Assembly (NCBI GenBank): GCA_964057225.1
Contig: OZ059896.1
Location: forward strand, 5,828,001 to 5,892,000
Direction of reading: 5' to 3'
Length of the DNA: 64,000 nucleotides
Source: Auanema rhodensis
Taxonomy: Eukaryota > Animalia > Nematoda
A model generated the notes under the pieces. It was not told where the DNA came from. It did no database searches and saw only the letters and a list, made by a program, of their open reading frames with translations. Made by a program: the position numbers and the translations under genes. Positions within the stretch are counted from its first letter, which is position 1. Each line of letters begins with the position of its first letter. Shown piece after piece: positions 38,801-54,100 of this stretch.

Positions 38801-41800
38801 TGCACTATACTACATTGAGAAACGCTTAATACAAAAATTAGTTATGATCGTTTGAAAAATGATGCATTAGTGTATGTTGGGTTTCCATGTACACTCAACA
38901 TTGCTTCCAAAAACATTTTGACAAAAATTTTTTCGAAAAATTTCAAAATAATTTAGCAAAAAGTAGATGTTTTTAGATTTCTTTTTTCAAGGCAAAAACG
39001 ATGGACAATGTTATTCAACGAAAAAATTAATTCTTCAGGGTGAAAATCGAGGATATAGGTGTGAACTTATATCAGTTGATTTCTCGGTGCATTTTCAAGC
39101 TAGCGCAAATCTGATAACACAGATCGACGCAGCTTAAAAATCCGCATCGAATGCACTATACTACATTGAGAAACGCTTAATACAAAAATTAGTTATGATC
39201 GTTTGAAAAATGATGCATTAGTGTATGTTGAGTTTCCATGTACACTCAAAATTGCTTCCAAAAACATTTTGACAAAAATTTTTTCGAAAAATTTCAGAAT
39301 AATTTAGCAAAAAGTAGATGTTTTTAGATTCCTTTTTTCAAGGCAAAAACGATGGACAATGTTATTCAACGAAAAAATTAATTCTTCAGGGTGAAAATCG
39401 AGGATATAGGTGTGAACTTTGATATCTCGGTGCAATGTCAAGCTAGCGCAAATCTGATAGTACAGATCGACGCAGCTTAAAAATCCGCATCGATTGCACT
39501 ATACTACATTGAGAAAAGCTAAATACAAAAATTAGTTATGATCATTTGGAAAATGATGCATTAGTGTATGTTGAGTTTCCATGTACACTCAAAATTGCTT
39601 CCAAAAACATTTTGACAAAAATTTTTTCGAAAAATTTCAGAATAATTTAGCAAAAAGTAGATGTTTTTAGATTCCTTTTTTCAAGGCAAAAACGATGGAC
39701 AATGTTATTCAACGAAAAAATTGATTCTTCAAGGTGAAAATCGAGGATATAGGTGTGAACTTATATCAGTTGATATCTCGGTGCATTTTTAAGCTAGCGC
39801 AAATCTGATAACACAGATCGACGCAGCTTAAAAATCCGCATCGAATGCACTATACTACATTGAGAAAAGCTAAATACAAAAATTAGTTATGATCGTTTGA
39901 AAAATGATGCATTAGTGTATGTTGAGTTTCCATGTACACTCAAAATTGCTTCCAAAAACATTTTGACAAAAATTTTTTCGAAAAATTTCAGAATAATTTA
40001 GCAAAAAGTAGATGTTTTTAGATTCCTTTTTTCAAGGCAAAAACGATGGACAATGTTATTCAACGAAAAAATTGATTCTTCAAGGTGAAAATCGAGGATA
40101 TAGGTGTGAACTTATATCAGTTGATATCTCGGTGCATTTTTAAGCTAGCGCAAATCTGATAACACAGATCGACGCAGCTTAAAAATCCACATCGAATGCA
40201 CTATACTACATTGAGAAACGCTTAATACAAAAATTAGTTATGATCGTTTGAAAAATGATGCATTAGTGTATGTTGAGTTTCCATGTACACTCAAAATTGC
40301 TTCCAAAAACATTTTGACGAAAATTTTTTCGAAAAATTTCAGAATAATTTAGCAAAAAGTAGATGTTTTTAGATTCCTTTTTTCAAGGCAAAAACGATGG
40401 ACAATGTTATTCAACGAAAAAATTAATTCTTCAGGGTGAAAATCGAGGATATAGGTGTGAACTTTGATATCTCGGTGCAATGTCAAGCTAGCGCAAATCT
40501 GATAGTACAGATCGACGCAGCTTAAAAATCCGCATCGATTGCACTATACTACATTGAGAAAAGCTAAATACAAAAATTAGTTATGATCATTTGGAAAATG
40601 ATGCATTAGTGTATGTTGAGTTTCCATGTACACTCAAAATTTCTTCCAAAAACATTTTGACAAAAATTTTTTCGAAAAATTTCAAAATAATTTAGCAAAA
40701 AGTAGATGTTTTTAGATTTCTTTTTTCAAGGCAAAAACGATGGACAATGTTATTCAACGAAAAAATTAATTCTTCAGGGTGAAAATCGAGGATATAAGTG
40801 TGAACTTATATCAGTTGATATCTCGGTGCATTTTTAAGCTAGCGCAAATCTGATAACACAGATCGACGCAGCTTAAAAATCCGCATCGAATGCACTATAC
40901 TACATTGAGAAACGCTTAATACAAAAATTAGTTATGATCGTTTGAAAAATGATGCATTAGTGTATGTTGAGTTTCCATGTACACTCAAAATTGCTTCCAA
41001 AAACATTTTGACAAAAATTTTTTCGAAAAATTTCAAAATAATTTAGCAAAAAGTAGATGTTTTTAGATTCCTTTTTTCAAGGCAAAAACGATGGACAATG
41101 TTATTCAACGAAAAAATTAATTCTTCAGGGTGAAAATCGAGGATATAGGTGTGAACTTATATCAGTTGATATCTCGGTGAATTTTCAAGCTAGCGCAAAT
41201 CTGATAGTACAGATCGACGCAGCTTAAAAATCCGCATCGAATGCACTATACTACATTAAGAAACGCTTAATACAAAAATTAGTTATGATCGTTTGAAAAA
41301 TGATGCATTAGTGTATGTTGGGTTTCCATGTACACTCAACATTGCTTCCAAAAACATTTTGACAAAAATTTTTTCGAAAAATTTCAAAATAATTTAGCAA
41401 AAAGTAGATGTTTTTAGATTTCTTTTTTCAAGGCAAAAACGATGGACAATGTTATTCAACGAAAAAATTAATTCTTCAGGGTGAAAATCGAGGATATAGG
41501 TGTGAACTTATATCAGTTGATTTCTCGGTGCATTTTCAAGCTAGCGCAAATCTGATAACACAGATCGACGCAGCTTAAAAATCCGCATCGAATGCACTAT
41601 ACTACATTGAGAAACGCTTAATACAAAAATTAGTTATGATCGTTTGAAAAATGATGCATTAGTGTATGTTGAGTTTCCATGTACACTCAAAATTGCTTCC
41701 AAAAACATTTTGACAAAAATTTTTTCGAAAAATTTCAGAATAATTTAGCAAAAAGTAGATGTTTTTAGATTCCTTTTTTCAAGGCAAAAACGATGGACAA

Positions 41801-44800
41801 TGTTATTCAACGAAAAAATTAATTCTTCAGGGTGAAAATCGAGGATATAGGTGTGAACTTATATCAGTTGATATCTCGGTGCATTTTTAAGCTAGCGGAA
41901 ATCTGATAACACAGATCGACGCAGCTTAAAAATCCGCATCGAATGCACTATACTACATTGAGAAACGCTTAATACAAAAATTAGTTATGATCGTTTGAAA
42001 AATGATGCATTAGTGTATGTTGAGTTTCCATGTACACTCAAAATTGCTTCCAAAAACATTTTGACAAAAATTTTTTCGAAAAATTTCAGAATAATTTAGC
42101 AAAAAGTAGATGTTTTTAGATTCCTTTTTTCAAGGCAAAAACGATGGACAATGTCATTCAACGAAAAAATTAATTCTTCAGGGTGAAAATCGAGGATGTA
42201 AGTGTGAACTTATATCAGTTGATATCTCGGTGCATTTTCAAGCTAGCGCAAATCTGATAACACAGATCGACGCAGCTTAAAAATCCGCATCGAATGCACT
42301 ATACTACATTGAGAAACGCTTAATACAAAAATTAGTTATGATCGTTTGAAAAATGATGCATTAGTGTATGTTGAGTTTCCATGTACACTCAAAATTGCTT
42401 CCAAAAACATTTTGACAAAAATTTTTTCGAAAAATTTCAGAATAATTTAGCAAAAAGTAGATGTTTTTAGATTCCTTTTTTCAAGGCAAAAACGATGGAC
42501 AATGTTATTCAACGAAAAAATTGATTCTTCAAGGTGAAAATCGAGGATATAGGTGTGAACTTATATCAGTTGATATCTCGGTGCATTTTTAAGCTAGCGC
42601 AAATCTGATAACACAGATCGACGCAGCTTAAAAATCCACATCGAATGCACTATACTACATTGAGAAACGCTTAATACAAAAATTAGTTATGATCGTTTGA
42701 AAAATGATGCATTAGTGTATGTTGAGTTTCCATGTACACTCAAAATTGCTTCCAAAAACATTTTGACAAAAATTTTTTCGAAAAATTTCAGAATAATTTA
42801 GCAAAAAGTAGATGTTTTTAGATTCCTTTTTTCAAGGCAAAAACGATGGACAATGTCATTCAACGAAAAAATTAATTCTTCAGGGTGAAAATCGAGGATG
42901 TAAGTGTGAACTTATATCAGTTGATATCTCGGTGCATTTTCAAGCTAGCGCAAATCTGATAACACAGATCGACGCAGCTTAAAAATCCGCATCGAATGCA
43001 CTATACTACATTGAGAAACGCTTAATACAAAAATTAGTTATGATCGTTTGAAAAATGATGCATTAGTGTATGTTGAGTTTCCATGTACACTCAAAATTGC
43101 TTCCAAAAACATTTTGACAAAAATTTTTTCGAAAAATTTCAGAATAATTTAGCAAAAAGTAGATGTTTTTAGATTCCTTTTTTCAAGGCAAAAACGATGG
43201 ACAATGTTATTCAACGAAAAAATTGATTCTTCAAGGTGAAAATCGAGGATATAGGTGTGAACTTATATCAGTTGATATCTCGGTGCATTTTTAAGCTAGC
43301 GCAAATCTGATAACACAGATCGACGCAGCTTAAAAATCCACATCGAATGCACTATACTACATTGAGAAACGCTTAATACAAAAATTAGTTATGATCGTTT
43401 GAAAAATGATGCATTAGTGTATGTTGAGTTTCCATGTACACTCAAAATTGCTTCCAAAAACATTTTGACGAAAATTTTTTCGAAAAATTTCAGAATAATT
43501 TAGCAAAAAGTAGATGTTTTTAGATTCCTTTTTTCAAGGCAAAAACGATGGACAATGTTATTCAACGAAAAAATTAATTCTTCAGGGTGAAAATCGAGGA
43601 TATAGGTGTGAACTTTGATATCTCGGTGCAATGTCAAGCTAGCGCAAATCTGATAGTACAGATCGACGCAGCTTAAAAATCCGCATCGATTGCACTATAC
43701 TACATTGAGAAAAGCTAAATACAAAAATTAGTTATGATCGTTTGGAAAATGATGCATTAGTGTATGTTGAGTTTCCATGTACACTCAAAATTTCTTCCAA
43801 AAACATTTTGACAAAAATTTTTTCGAAAAATTTCAAAATAATTTAGCAAAAAGTAGATGTTTTTAGATTTCTTTTTTCAAGGCAAAAACGATGGACAATG
43901 TTATTCAACGAAAAAATTAATTCTTCAGGGTGAAAATCGAGGATATAAGTGTGAACTTATATCAGTTGATATCTCGGTGCATTTTTAAGCTAGCGCAAAT
44001 CTGATAACACAGATCGACGCAGCTTAAAAATCCGCATCGAATGCACTATACTACATTGAGAAACGCTTAATACAAAAATTAGTTATGATCGTTTGAAAAA
44101 TGATGCATTAGTGTATGTTGAGTTTCCATGTACACTCAAAATTGCTTCCAAAAACATTTTGACAAAAATTTTTTCGAAAAATTTCAAAATAATTTAGCAA
44201 AAAGTAGATGTTTTTAGATTCCTTTTTTCAAGGCAAAAACGATGGACAATGTTATTCAACGAAAAAATTAATTCTTCAGGGTGAAAATCGAGGATATAGG
44301 TGTGAACTTATATCAGTTGATATCTCGGTGCATTTTCAAGCTAGCGCAAATCTGATAGTACAGATCGACGCAGCTTAAAAATCCGCATCGAATGCACTAT
44401 ACTACATTAAGAAACGCTTAATACAAAAATTAGTTATGATCGTTTGAAAAATGATGCATTAGTGTATGTTGGGTTTCCATGTACACTCAACATTGCTTCC
44501 AAAAACATTTTGACAAAAATTTTTTCGAAAAATTTCAAAATAATTTAGCAAAAAGTAGATGTTTTTAGATTTCTTTTTTCAAGGCAAAAACGATGGACAA
44601 TGTTATTCAACGAAAAAATTAATTCTTCAGGGTGAAAATCGAGGATATAGGTGTGAACTTATATCAGTTGATTTCTCGGTGCATTTTCAAGCTAGCGCAA
44701 ATCTGATAACACAGATCGACGCAGCTTAAAAATCCGCATCGAATGCACTATACTACATTGAGAAACGCTTAATACAAAAATTAGTTATGATCGTTTGAAA

Positions 44801-47695
44801 AATGATGCATTAGTGTATGTTGAGTTTCCATGTACACTCAAAATTGCTTCCAAAAACATTTTGACAAAAATTTTTTCGAAAAATTTCAGAATAATTTAGC
44901 AAAAAGTAGATGTTTTTAGATTCCTTTTTTCAAGGCAAAAACGATGGACAATGTTATTCAACGAAAAAATTAATTCTTCAGGGTGAAAATCGAGGATATA
45001 GGTGTGAACTTATATCAGTTGATATCTCGGTGCATTTTTAAGCTAGCGGAAATCTGATAACACAGATCGACGCAGCTTAAAAATCCGCATCGAATGCACT
45101 ATACTACATTGAGAAACGCTTAATACAAAAATTAGTTATGATCGTTTGAAAAATGATGCATTAGTGTATGTTGAGTTTCCATGTACACTCAAAATTGCTT
45201 CCAAAAACATTTTGACAAAAATTTTTTCGAAAAATTTCAGAATAATTTAGCAAAAAGTAGATGTTTTTAGATTCCTTTTTTCAAGGCAAAAACGATGGAC
45301 AATGTCATTCAACGAAAAAATTAATTCTTCAGGGTGAAAATCGAGGATGTAAGTGTGAACTTATATCAGTTGATATCTCGGTGCATTTTCAAGCTAGCGC
45401 AAATCTGATAACACAGATCGACGCAGCTTAAAAATCCGCATCGAATGCACTATACTACATTGAGAAAAGCTAAATACAAAAATTAGTTATGATCGTTTGA
45501 AAAATGATGCATTAGTGTATGTTGAGTTTCCATGTACACTCAAAATTGCTTCCAAAAACATTTTGACAAAAATTTTTTCGAAAAATTTCAGAATAATTTA
45601 GCAAAAAGTAGATGTTTTTAGATTCCTTTTTTCAAGGCAAAAACGATGGACAATGTTATTCAACGAAAAAATTGATTCTTCAAGGTGAAAATCGAGGATA
45701 TAGGTGTGAACTTATATCAGTTGATATCTCGGTGCATTTTTAAGCTAGCGCAAATCTGATAACACAGATCGACGCAGCTTAAAAATCCGCATCGAATGCA
45801 CTATACTACATTGAGAAAAGCTAAATACAAAAATTAGTTATGATCGTTTGAAAAATGATGCATTAGTGTATGTTGAGTTTCCATGTACACTCAAAATTGC
45901 TTCCAAAAACATTTTGACAAAAATTTTTTCGAAAAATTTCAAAATAATTTAGCAAAAAGTAGATGTTTTTAGATTCCTTTTTTCAAGGCAAAAACGATGG
46001 ACAATGTTATTCAACGAAAAAATTAATTCTTCAGGGTGAAAATCGAGGATATAGGTGTGAACTTATATCAGTTGATATCTCGGTGCATTTTCAAGCTAGC
46101 GCAAATCTGATAGTACAGATCGACGCAGCTTAAAAATCCGCATCGAATGCACTATACTACATTAAGAAACGCTTAATACAAAAATTAGTTATGATCGTTT
46201 GAAAAATGATGCATTAGTGTATGTTGGGTTTCCATGTACACTCAACATTGCTTCCAAAAACATTTTGACAAAAATTTTTTCGAAAAATTTCAAAATAATT
46301 TAGCAAAAAGTAGATGTTTTTAGATTTCTTTTTTCAAGGCAAAAACGATGGACAATGTTATTCAACGAAAAAATTAATTCTTCAGGGTGAAAATCGAGGA
46401 TATAGGTGTGAACTTATATCAGTTGATTTCTCGGTGCATTTTCAAGCTAGCGCAAATCTGATAACACAGATCGACGCAGCTTAAAAATCCGCATCGAATG
46501 CACTATACTACATTGAGAAACGCTTAATACAAAAATTAGTTATGATCGTTTGAAAAATGATGCATTAGTGTATGTTGAGTTTCCATGTACACTCAAAATT
46601 GCTTCCAAAAACATTTTGACAAAAATTTTTTCGAAAAATTTCAGAATAATTTAGCAAAAAGTAGATGTTTTTAGATTCCTTTTTTCAAGGCAAAAACGAT
46701 GGACAATGTTATTCAACGAAAAAATTAATTCTTCAGGGTGAAAATCGAGGATATAGGTGTGAACTTATATCAGTTGATATCTCGGTGCATTTTTAAGCTA
46801 GCGGAAATCTGATAACACAGATCGACGCAGCTTAAAAATCCGCATCGAATGCACTATACTACATTGAGAAACGCTTAATACAAAAATTAGTTATGATCGT
46901 TTGAAAAATGATGCATTAGTGTATGTTGAGTTTCCATGTACACTCAAAATTGCTTCCAAAAACATTTTGACAAAAATTTTTTCGAAAAATTTCAGAATAA
47001 TTTAGCAAAAAGTAGATGTTTTTAGATTCCTTTTTTCAAGGCAAAAACGATGGACAATGTCATTCAACGAAAAAATTAATTCTTCAGGGTGAAAATCGAG
47101 GATGTAAGTGTGAACTTATATCAGTTGATATCTCGGTGCATTTTCAAGCTAGCGCAAATCTGATAACACAGATCGACGCAGCTTAAAAATCCGCATCGAA
47201 TGCACTATACTACATTGAGAAAAGCTAAATACAAAAATTAGTTATGATCGTTTGAAAAATGATGCATTAGTGTATGTTGAGTTTCCATGTACACTCAAAA
47301 TTGCTTCCAAAAACATTTTGACAAAAATTTTTTCGAAAAATTTCAGAATAATTTAGCAAAAAGTAGATGTTTTTAGATTCCTTTTTTCAAGGCAAAAACG
47401 ATGGACAATGTTATTCAACGAAAAAATTGATTCTTCAAGGTGAAAATCGAGGATATAGGTGTGAACTTATATCAGTTGATATCTCGGTGCATTTTTAAGC
47501 TAGCGCAAATCTGATAACAAAGATCGACGCAGCTTAAAAATCCGCATCGAATGCACTATACTACATTGAGAAAAGCTAAATACAAAAATTAGTTATGATC
47601 GTTTGAAAAATGATGCATTAGTGTATGTTGAGTTTCCATGTACACTCAAAATTGCTTCCAAAAACATTTTGACAAAAATTTTTTCGAAAAATTTC
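35802..47695. repeat. Nested irregular higher-order repeats (offsets of 4, 5, 9 and 11 units)
   Basis: 35802-37899 matches 39639-41736; 39990-42438 matches 43141-45589; 44186-45940 matches 45941-47695; 37549-38944 resembles 38945-40340. Traced with the ccacatc, gacgaaa, gatgtaag and deletion markers. Confidence 0.8.
36504..36846 (+). repeat. 343-bp variant monomer (8-bp deletion), first of 9 copies at 36504, 37900, 39296, 40341, 43492, 48748, 49793, 55401 and 63817 (partial)
   Basis: gaactt[atatcagt]tgatatc becomes gaactttgatatc. Linked changes are gtgcaatgtcaag, gatagtac, gcatcgattgcac and tttggaaa. The next unit starts 343 bp later, at 36847. Confidence 0.95.
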
Positions 47696-50600
47696 AGAAT
47701 AATTTAGCAAAAAGTAGATGTTTTTAGATTCCTTTTTTCAAGGCAAAAACGATGGACAATGTTATTCAACGAAAAAATTGATTCTTCAAGGTGAAAATCG
47801 AGGATATAGGTGTGAACTTATATCAGTTGATATCTCGGTGCATTTTTAAGCTAGCGCAAATCTGATAACACAGATCGACGCAGCTTAAAAATCCGCATCG
47901 AATGCACTATACTACATTGAGAAACGCTTAATACAAAAATTAGTTATGATCGTTTGAAAAATGATGCATTAGTGTATGTTGAGTTTCCATGTACACTCAA
48001 AATTGCTTCCAAAAACATTTTGACAAAATTTTTTCGAAAAATTTCAGAATAATTTAGCAAAAAGTAGATGTTTTTAGATTCCTTTCTTCAAGGCAAAAAC
48101 GATGGACAATGTCATTCAACGAAAAAATTAATTCTTCAGGGTGAAAATCGAGGATATAGGTGTGAACTTATATCAGTTGATATCTCGGTGCATTTTCAAG
48201 CTAGCGCAAATCTGATAACACAGATCGACGCAGCTTAAAAATCCGCATCGAATGCACTATACTACATTGAGAAAAGCTAAATACAAAAATTAGTTATGAT
48301 CGTTTGAAAAATGATGCATTAGTGTATGTTGAGTTTCCATGTACACTCAAAATTGCTTCCAAAAACATTTTGACAAAAATTTTTTCGAAAAATTTCAGAA
48401 TAATTTAGCAAAAAGTAGATGTTTTTAGATTCCTTTTTTCAAGGCAAAAACGATGGACAATGTTATTCAACGAAAAAATTAATTCTTCAGGGTGAAAATC
48501 GAGGATATAGGTGTGAACTTATATCAGTTGATATATCGGTGCATTTTCAAGCTAGCGCAAATCTGATAACACAGATCGACGCAGCTTAAAAATCCGCATC
48601 GAATGCACTATACTACATTGAGAAAAGCTAAATACAAAAATTAGTTATGATCGTTTGAAAAATGATGCATTAGTGTATGTTGAGTTTCCATGTACACTCA
48701 AAATTGCTTCCAAAAACATTTTGACAAAAATTTTTTCGAAAAATTTCAGAATAATTTAGCAAAAAGTAGATGTTTTTAGATTCCTTTTTTCAAGGCAAAA
48801 ACGATGGACAATGTTATTCAACGAAAAAATTAATTCTTCAGGGTGAAAATCGAGGATATAGGTGTGAACTTTGATATCTCGGTGCAATGTCAAGCTAGCG
48901 CAAATCTGATAGTACAGATCGACGCAGCTTAAAAATCCGCATCGATTGCACTATACTACATTGAGAAAAGCTAAATACAAAAATTAGTTATGATCGTTTG
49001 GAAAATGATGCATTAGTGTATGTTGAGTTTCCATGTACACTCAAAATTTCTTCCAAAAACATTTTGACAAAAATTTTTTCGAAAAATTTCAAAATAATTT
49101 AGCAAAAAGTAGATGTTTTTAGATTTCTTTTTTCAAGGCAAAAACGATGGACAATGTTATTCAACGAAAAAATTGATTCTTCAAGGTGAAAATCGAGGAT
49201 ATAGGTGTGAACTTATATCAGTTGATATCTCGGTGCATTTTTAAGCTAGCGCAAATCTGATAACACAGATCGACGCAGCTTAAAAATCCGCATCGAATGC
49301 ACTATACTACATTGAGAAAAGCTAAATACAAAAATTAGTTATGATCGTTTGAAAAATGATGCATTAGTGTATGTTGAGTTTCCATGTACACTCAAAATTG
49401 CTTCCAAAAACATTTTGACAAAAATTTTTTCGAAAAATTTCAGAATAATTTAGCAAAAAGTAGATGTTTTTAGATTCCTTTTTTCAAGGCAAAAACGATG
49501 GACAATGTTATTCAACGAAAAAATTAATTCTTCAGGGTGAAAATCGAGGATATAGGTGTGAACTTATATCAGTTGATATATCGGTGCATTTTCAAGCTAG
49601 CGCAAATCTGATAACACAGATCGACGCAGCTTAAAAATCCGCATCGAATGCACTATACTACATTGAGAAAAGCTAAATACAAAAATTAGTTATGATCGTT
49701 TGAAAAATGATGCATTAGTGTATGTTGAGTTTCCATGTACACTCAAAATTGCTTCCAAAAACATTTTGACAAAAATTTTTTCGAAAAATTTCAGAATAAT
49801 TTAGCAAAAAGTAGATGTTTTTAGATTCCTTTTTTCAAGGCAAAAACGATGGACAATGTTATTCAACGAAAAAATTAATTCTTCAGGGTGAAAATCGAGG
49901 ATATAGGTGTGAACTTTGATATCTCGGTGCAATGTCAAGCTAGCGCAAATCTGATAGTACAGATCGACGCAGCTTAAAAATCCGCATCGATTGCACTATA
50001 CTACATTGAGAAAAGCTAAATACAAAAATTAGTTATGATCGTTTGGAAAATGATGCATTAGTGTATGTTGAGTTTCCATGTACACTCAAAATTTCTTCCA
50101 AAAACATTTTGACAAAAATTTTTTCGAAAAATTTCAAAATAATTTAGCAAAAACTAGATGTTTTTAGATTTCTTTTTTCAAGGCAAAAACGATGGACAAT
50201 GTTATTCAACGAAAAAATTAATTCTTCAGGGTGAAAATCGAGGATATAGGTGTGAACTTATATCAGTTGATATCTCGGTGCATTTTCAAGCTAGCGCAAA
50301 TCTGATAACACAGATCGACGCAGCTTAAAAATCCGCATCGAATGCACTATACTACATTGAGAAAAGCTAAATACAAAAATTAGTTATGATCGTTTGAAAA
50401 ATGATGCATTAGTGTATGTTGAGTTTCCATGTACACTCAAAATTGCTTCCAAAAACATTTTGACAAAAATTTTTTCGAAAAATTTCAGAATAATTTAGCA
50501 AAAAGTAGATGTTTTTAGATTCCTTTTTTCAAGGCAAAAACGATGGACAATGTTATTCAACGAAAAAATTGATTCTTCAAGGTGAAAATCGAGGATATAG

Positions 50601-51188
50601 GTGTGAACTTATATCAGTTGATATCTCGGTGCATTTTTAAGCTAGCGCAAATCTGATAACACAGATCGACGCAGCTTAAAAATCCGCATCGAATGCACTA
50701 TACTACATTGAGAAACGCTTAATACAAAAATTAGTTATGATCGTTTGAAAAATGATGCATTAGTGTATGTTGAGTTTCCATGTACACTCAACATTGCTTC
50801 CAAAAACATTTTGACAAAAATTTTTTCGAAAAATTTCAAAATAATTTAGCAAAAAGTAGATGTTTTTAGATTTCTTTTTTCAAGGCAAAAACAATGGACA
50901 ATGTTATTCAACGAAAAAATTAATTCTTCAGGGTGAAAATCGAGGATATAAGTGTGAACTTATATCAGTTGATATCTCGGTGCATTTTTAAGCTAGCGCA
51001 AATCTGATAACACAGATCGACGCAGCTTAAAAATCCGCATCGAATGCACTATACTACATTGAGAAACGCTTAATACAAAAATTAGTTATGATCGTTTGAA
51101 AAATGATGCATTAGTGTATGTTGAGTTTCCATGTACACTCAAAATTGCTTCCAAAAACATTTTGACAAAAATTTTTTCGAAAAATTTC

Positions 51189-54100
51189 AAAATAATTTAG
51201 CAAAAAGTAGATGTTTTTAGATTCCTTTTTTCAAGGCAAAAACGATGGACAATGTTATTCAACGAAAAAATTAATTCTTCAGGGTGAAAATCGAGGATAT
51301 AGGTGTGAACTTATATCAGTTGATATCTCGGTGCATTTTCAAGCTAGCGCAAATCTGATAACACAGATCGACGCAGCTTAAAAATCCGCATCGAATGCAC
51401 TATACTACATTGAGAAAAGCTAAATACAAAAATTAGTTATGATCGTTTGAAAAATGATGCATTAGTGTATGTTGAGTTTCCATGTACACTCAAAATTGCT
51501 TCCAAAAACATTTTGACAAAAATTTTTTCGAAAAATTTCAGAATAATTTAGCAAAAAGTAGATGTTTTTAGATTCCTTTTTTCAAGGCAAAAACGATGGA
51601 CAATGTTATTCAACGAAAAAATTGATTCTTCAAGGTGAAAATCGAGGATATAGGTGTGAACTTATATCAGTTGATATCTCGGTGCATTTTTAAGCTAGCG
51701 CAAATCTGATAACACAGATCGACGCAGCTTAAAAATCCGCATCGAATGCACTATACTACATTGAGAAACGCTTAATACAAAAATTAGTTATGATCGTTTG
51801 AAAAATGATGCATTAGTGTATGTTGAGTTTCCATGTACACTCAACATTGCTTCCAAAAACATTTTGACAAAAATTTTTTCGAAAAATTTCAAAATAATTT
51901 AGCAAAAAGTAGATGTTTTTAGATTTCTTTTTTCAAGGCAAAAACGATGGACAATGTTATTCAACGAAAAAATTAATTCTTCAAGGTGAAAATCGAGGAT
52001 ATAGGTGTGAACTTATATCAGTTGATATCTCGGTGCATTTTTAAGCTAGCGCAAATCTGATAACACAGATCGACGCAGCTTAAAAATCCGCATCGAATGC
52101 ACTATACTACATTGAGAAAAGCTAAATACAAAAATTAGTTATGATCGTTTGAAAAATGATGCATTAGTGTATGTTGGGTTTCCATGTACACTCAACATTG
52201 CTTCCAAAAACATTTTGACAAAAATTTTTTCGAAAAATTTCAAAATAATTTAGCAAAAAGTAGATGTTTTTAGATTTCTTTTTTCAAGGCAAAAACGATG
52301 GACAATGTTATTCAACGAAAAAATTAATTCTTCAGGGTGAAAATCGAGGATATAGGTGTGAACTTATATCAGTTGATTTCTCGGTGCATTTTCAAGCTAG
52401 CGCAAATCTGATAGTACAGATCGACGTAGCTTAAAAATCCGCATCGAATGCACTATATTACATTGAGAAAAGCTAAATACAAAAATTAGTTATGATCGTT
52501 TGAAAAATGATGCATTAGTGTATGTTGAGTTTCCATGTACACTCAAAATTGCTTCCAAAAACATTTTGACAAAAATTTTTTCGAAAAATTTCAAAATAAT
52601 TTAGCAAAAAGTAGATGTTTTTAGATTCCTTTTTTCAAGGCAAAAACGATGGACAATGTTATTCAACGAAAAAATTAATTCTTCAGGGTGAAAATCGAGG
52701 ATATAGGTGTGAACTTATATCAGTTGATATCTCGGTGCATTTTCAAGCTAGCGCAAATCTGATAACACAGATCGACGCAGCTTAAAAATCCGCATCGAAT
52801 GCACTATACTACATTGAGAAAAGCTAAATACAAAAATTAGTTATGATCGTTTGAAAAATGATGCATTAGTGTATGTTGAGTTTCCATGTACACTCAAAAT
52901 TGCTTCCAAAAACATTTTGACAAAAATTTTTTCGAAAAATTTCAGAATAATTTAGCAAAAAGTAGATGTTTTTAGATTCCTTTTTTCAAGGCAAAAACGA
53001 TGGACAATGTTATTCAACGAAAAAATTGATTCTTCAAGGTGAAAATCGAGGATATAGGTGTGAACTTATATCAGTTGATATCTCGGTGCATTTTTAAGCT
53101 AGCGCAAATCTGATAACACAGATCGACGCAGCTTAAAAATCCGCATCGAATGCACTATACTACATTGAGAAACGCTTAATACAAAAATTAGTTATGATCG
53201 TTTGAAAAATGATGCATTAGTGTATGTTGAGTTTCCATGTACACTCAACATTGCTTCCAAAAACATTTTGACAAAAATTTTTTCGAAAAATTTCAAAATA
53301 ATTTAGCAAAAAGTAGATGTTTTTAGATTTCTTTTTTCAAGGCAAAAACGATGGACAATGTTATTCAACGAAAAAATTAATTCTTCAAGGTGAAAATCGA
53401 GGATATAGGTGTGAACTTATATCAGTTGATATCTCGGTGCATTTTTAAGCTAGCGCAAATCTGATAACACAGATCGACGCAGCTTAAAAATCCGCATCGA
53501 ATGCACTATACTACATTGAGAAAAGCTAAATACAAAAATTAGTTATGATCGTTTGAAAAATGATGCATTAGTGTATGTTGGGTTTCCATGTACACTCAAC
53601 ATTGCTTCCAAAAACATTTTGACAAAAATTTTTTCGAAAAATTTCAAAATAATTTAGCAAAAAGTAGATGTTTTTAGATTTCTTTTTTCAAGGCAAAAAC
53701 GATGGACAATGTTATTCAACGAAAAAATTAATTCTTCAGGGTGAAAATCGAGGATATAGGTGTGAACTTATATCAGTTGATTTCTCGGTGCATTTTCAAG
53801 CTAGCGCAAATCTGATAGTACAGATCGACGTAGCTTAAAAATCCGCATCGAATGCACTATATTACATTGAGAAAAGCTAAATACAAAAATTAGTTATGAT
53901 CGTTTGAAAAATGATGCATTAGTGTATGTTGAGTTTCCATGTACACTCAAAATTGCTTCCAAAAACATTTTGACAAAAATTTTTTCGAAAAATTTCAGAA
54001 TAATTTAGCAAAAAGTAGATGTTTTTAGATTCCTTTTTTCAAGGCAAAAACGATGGACAATGTTATTCAACGAAAAAATTGATTCTTCAAGGTGAAAATC

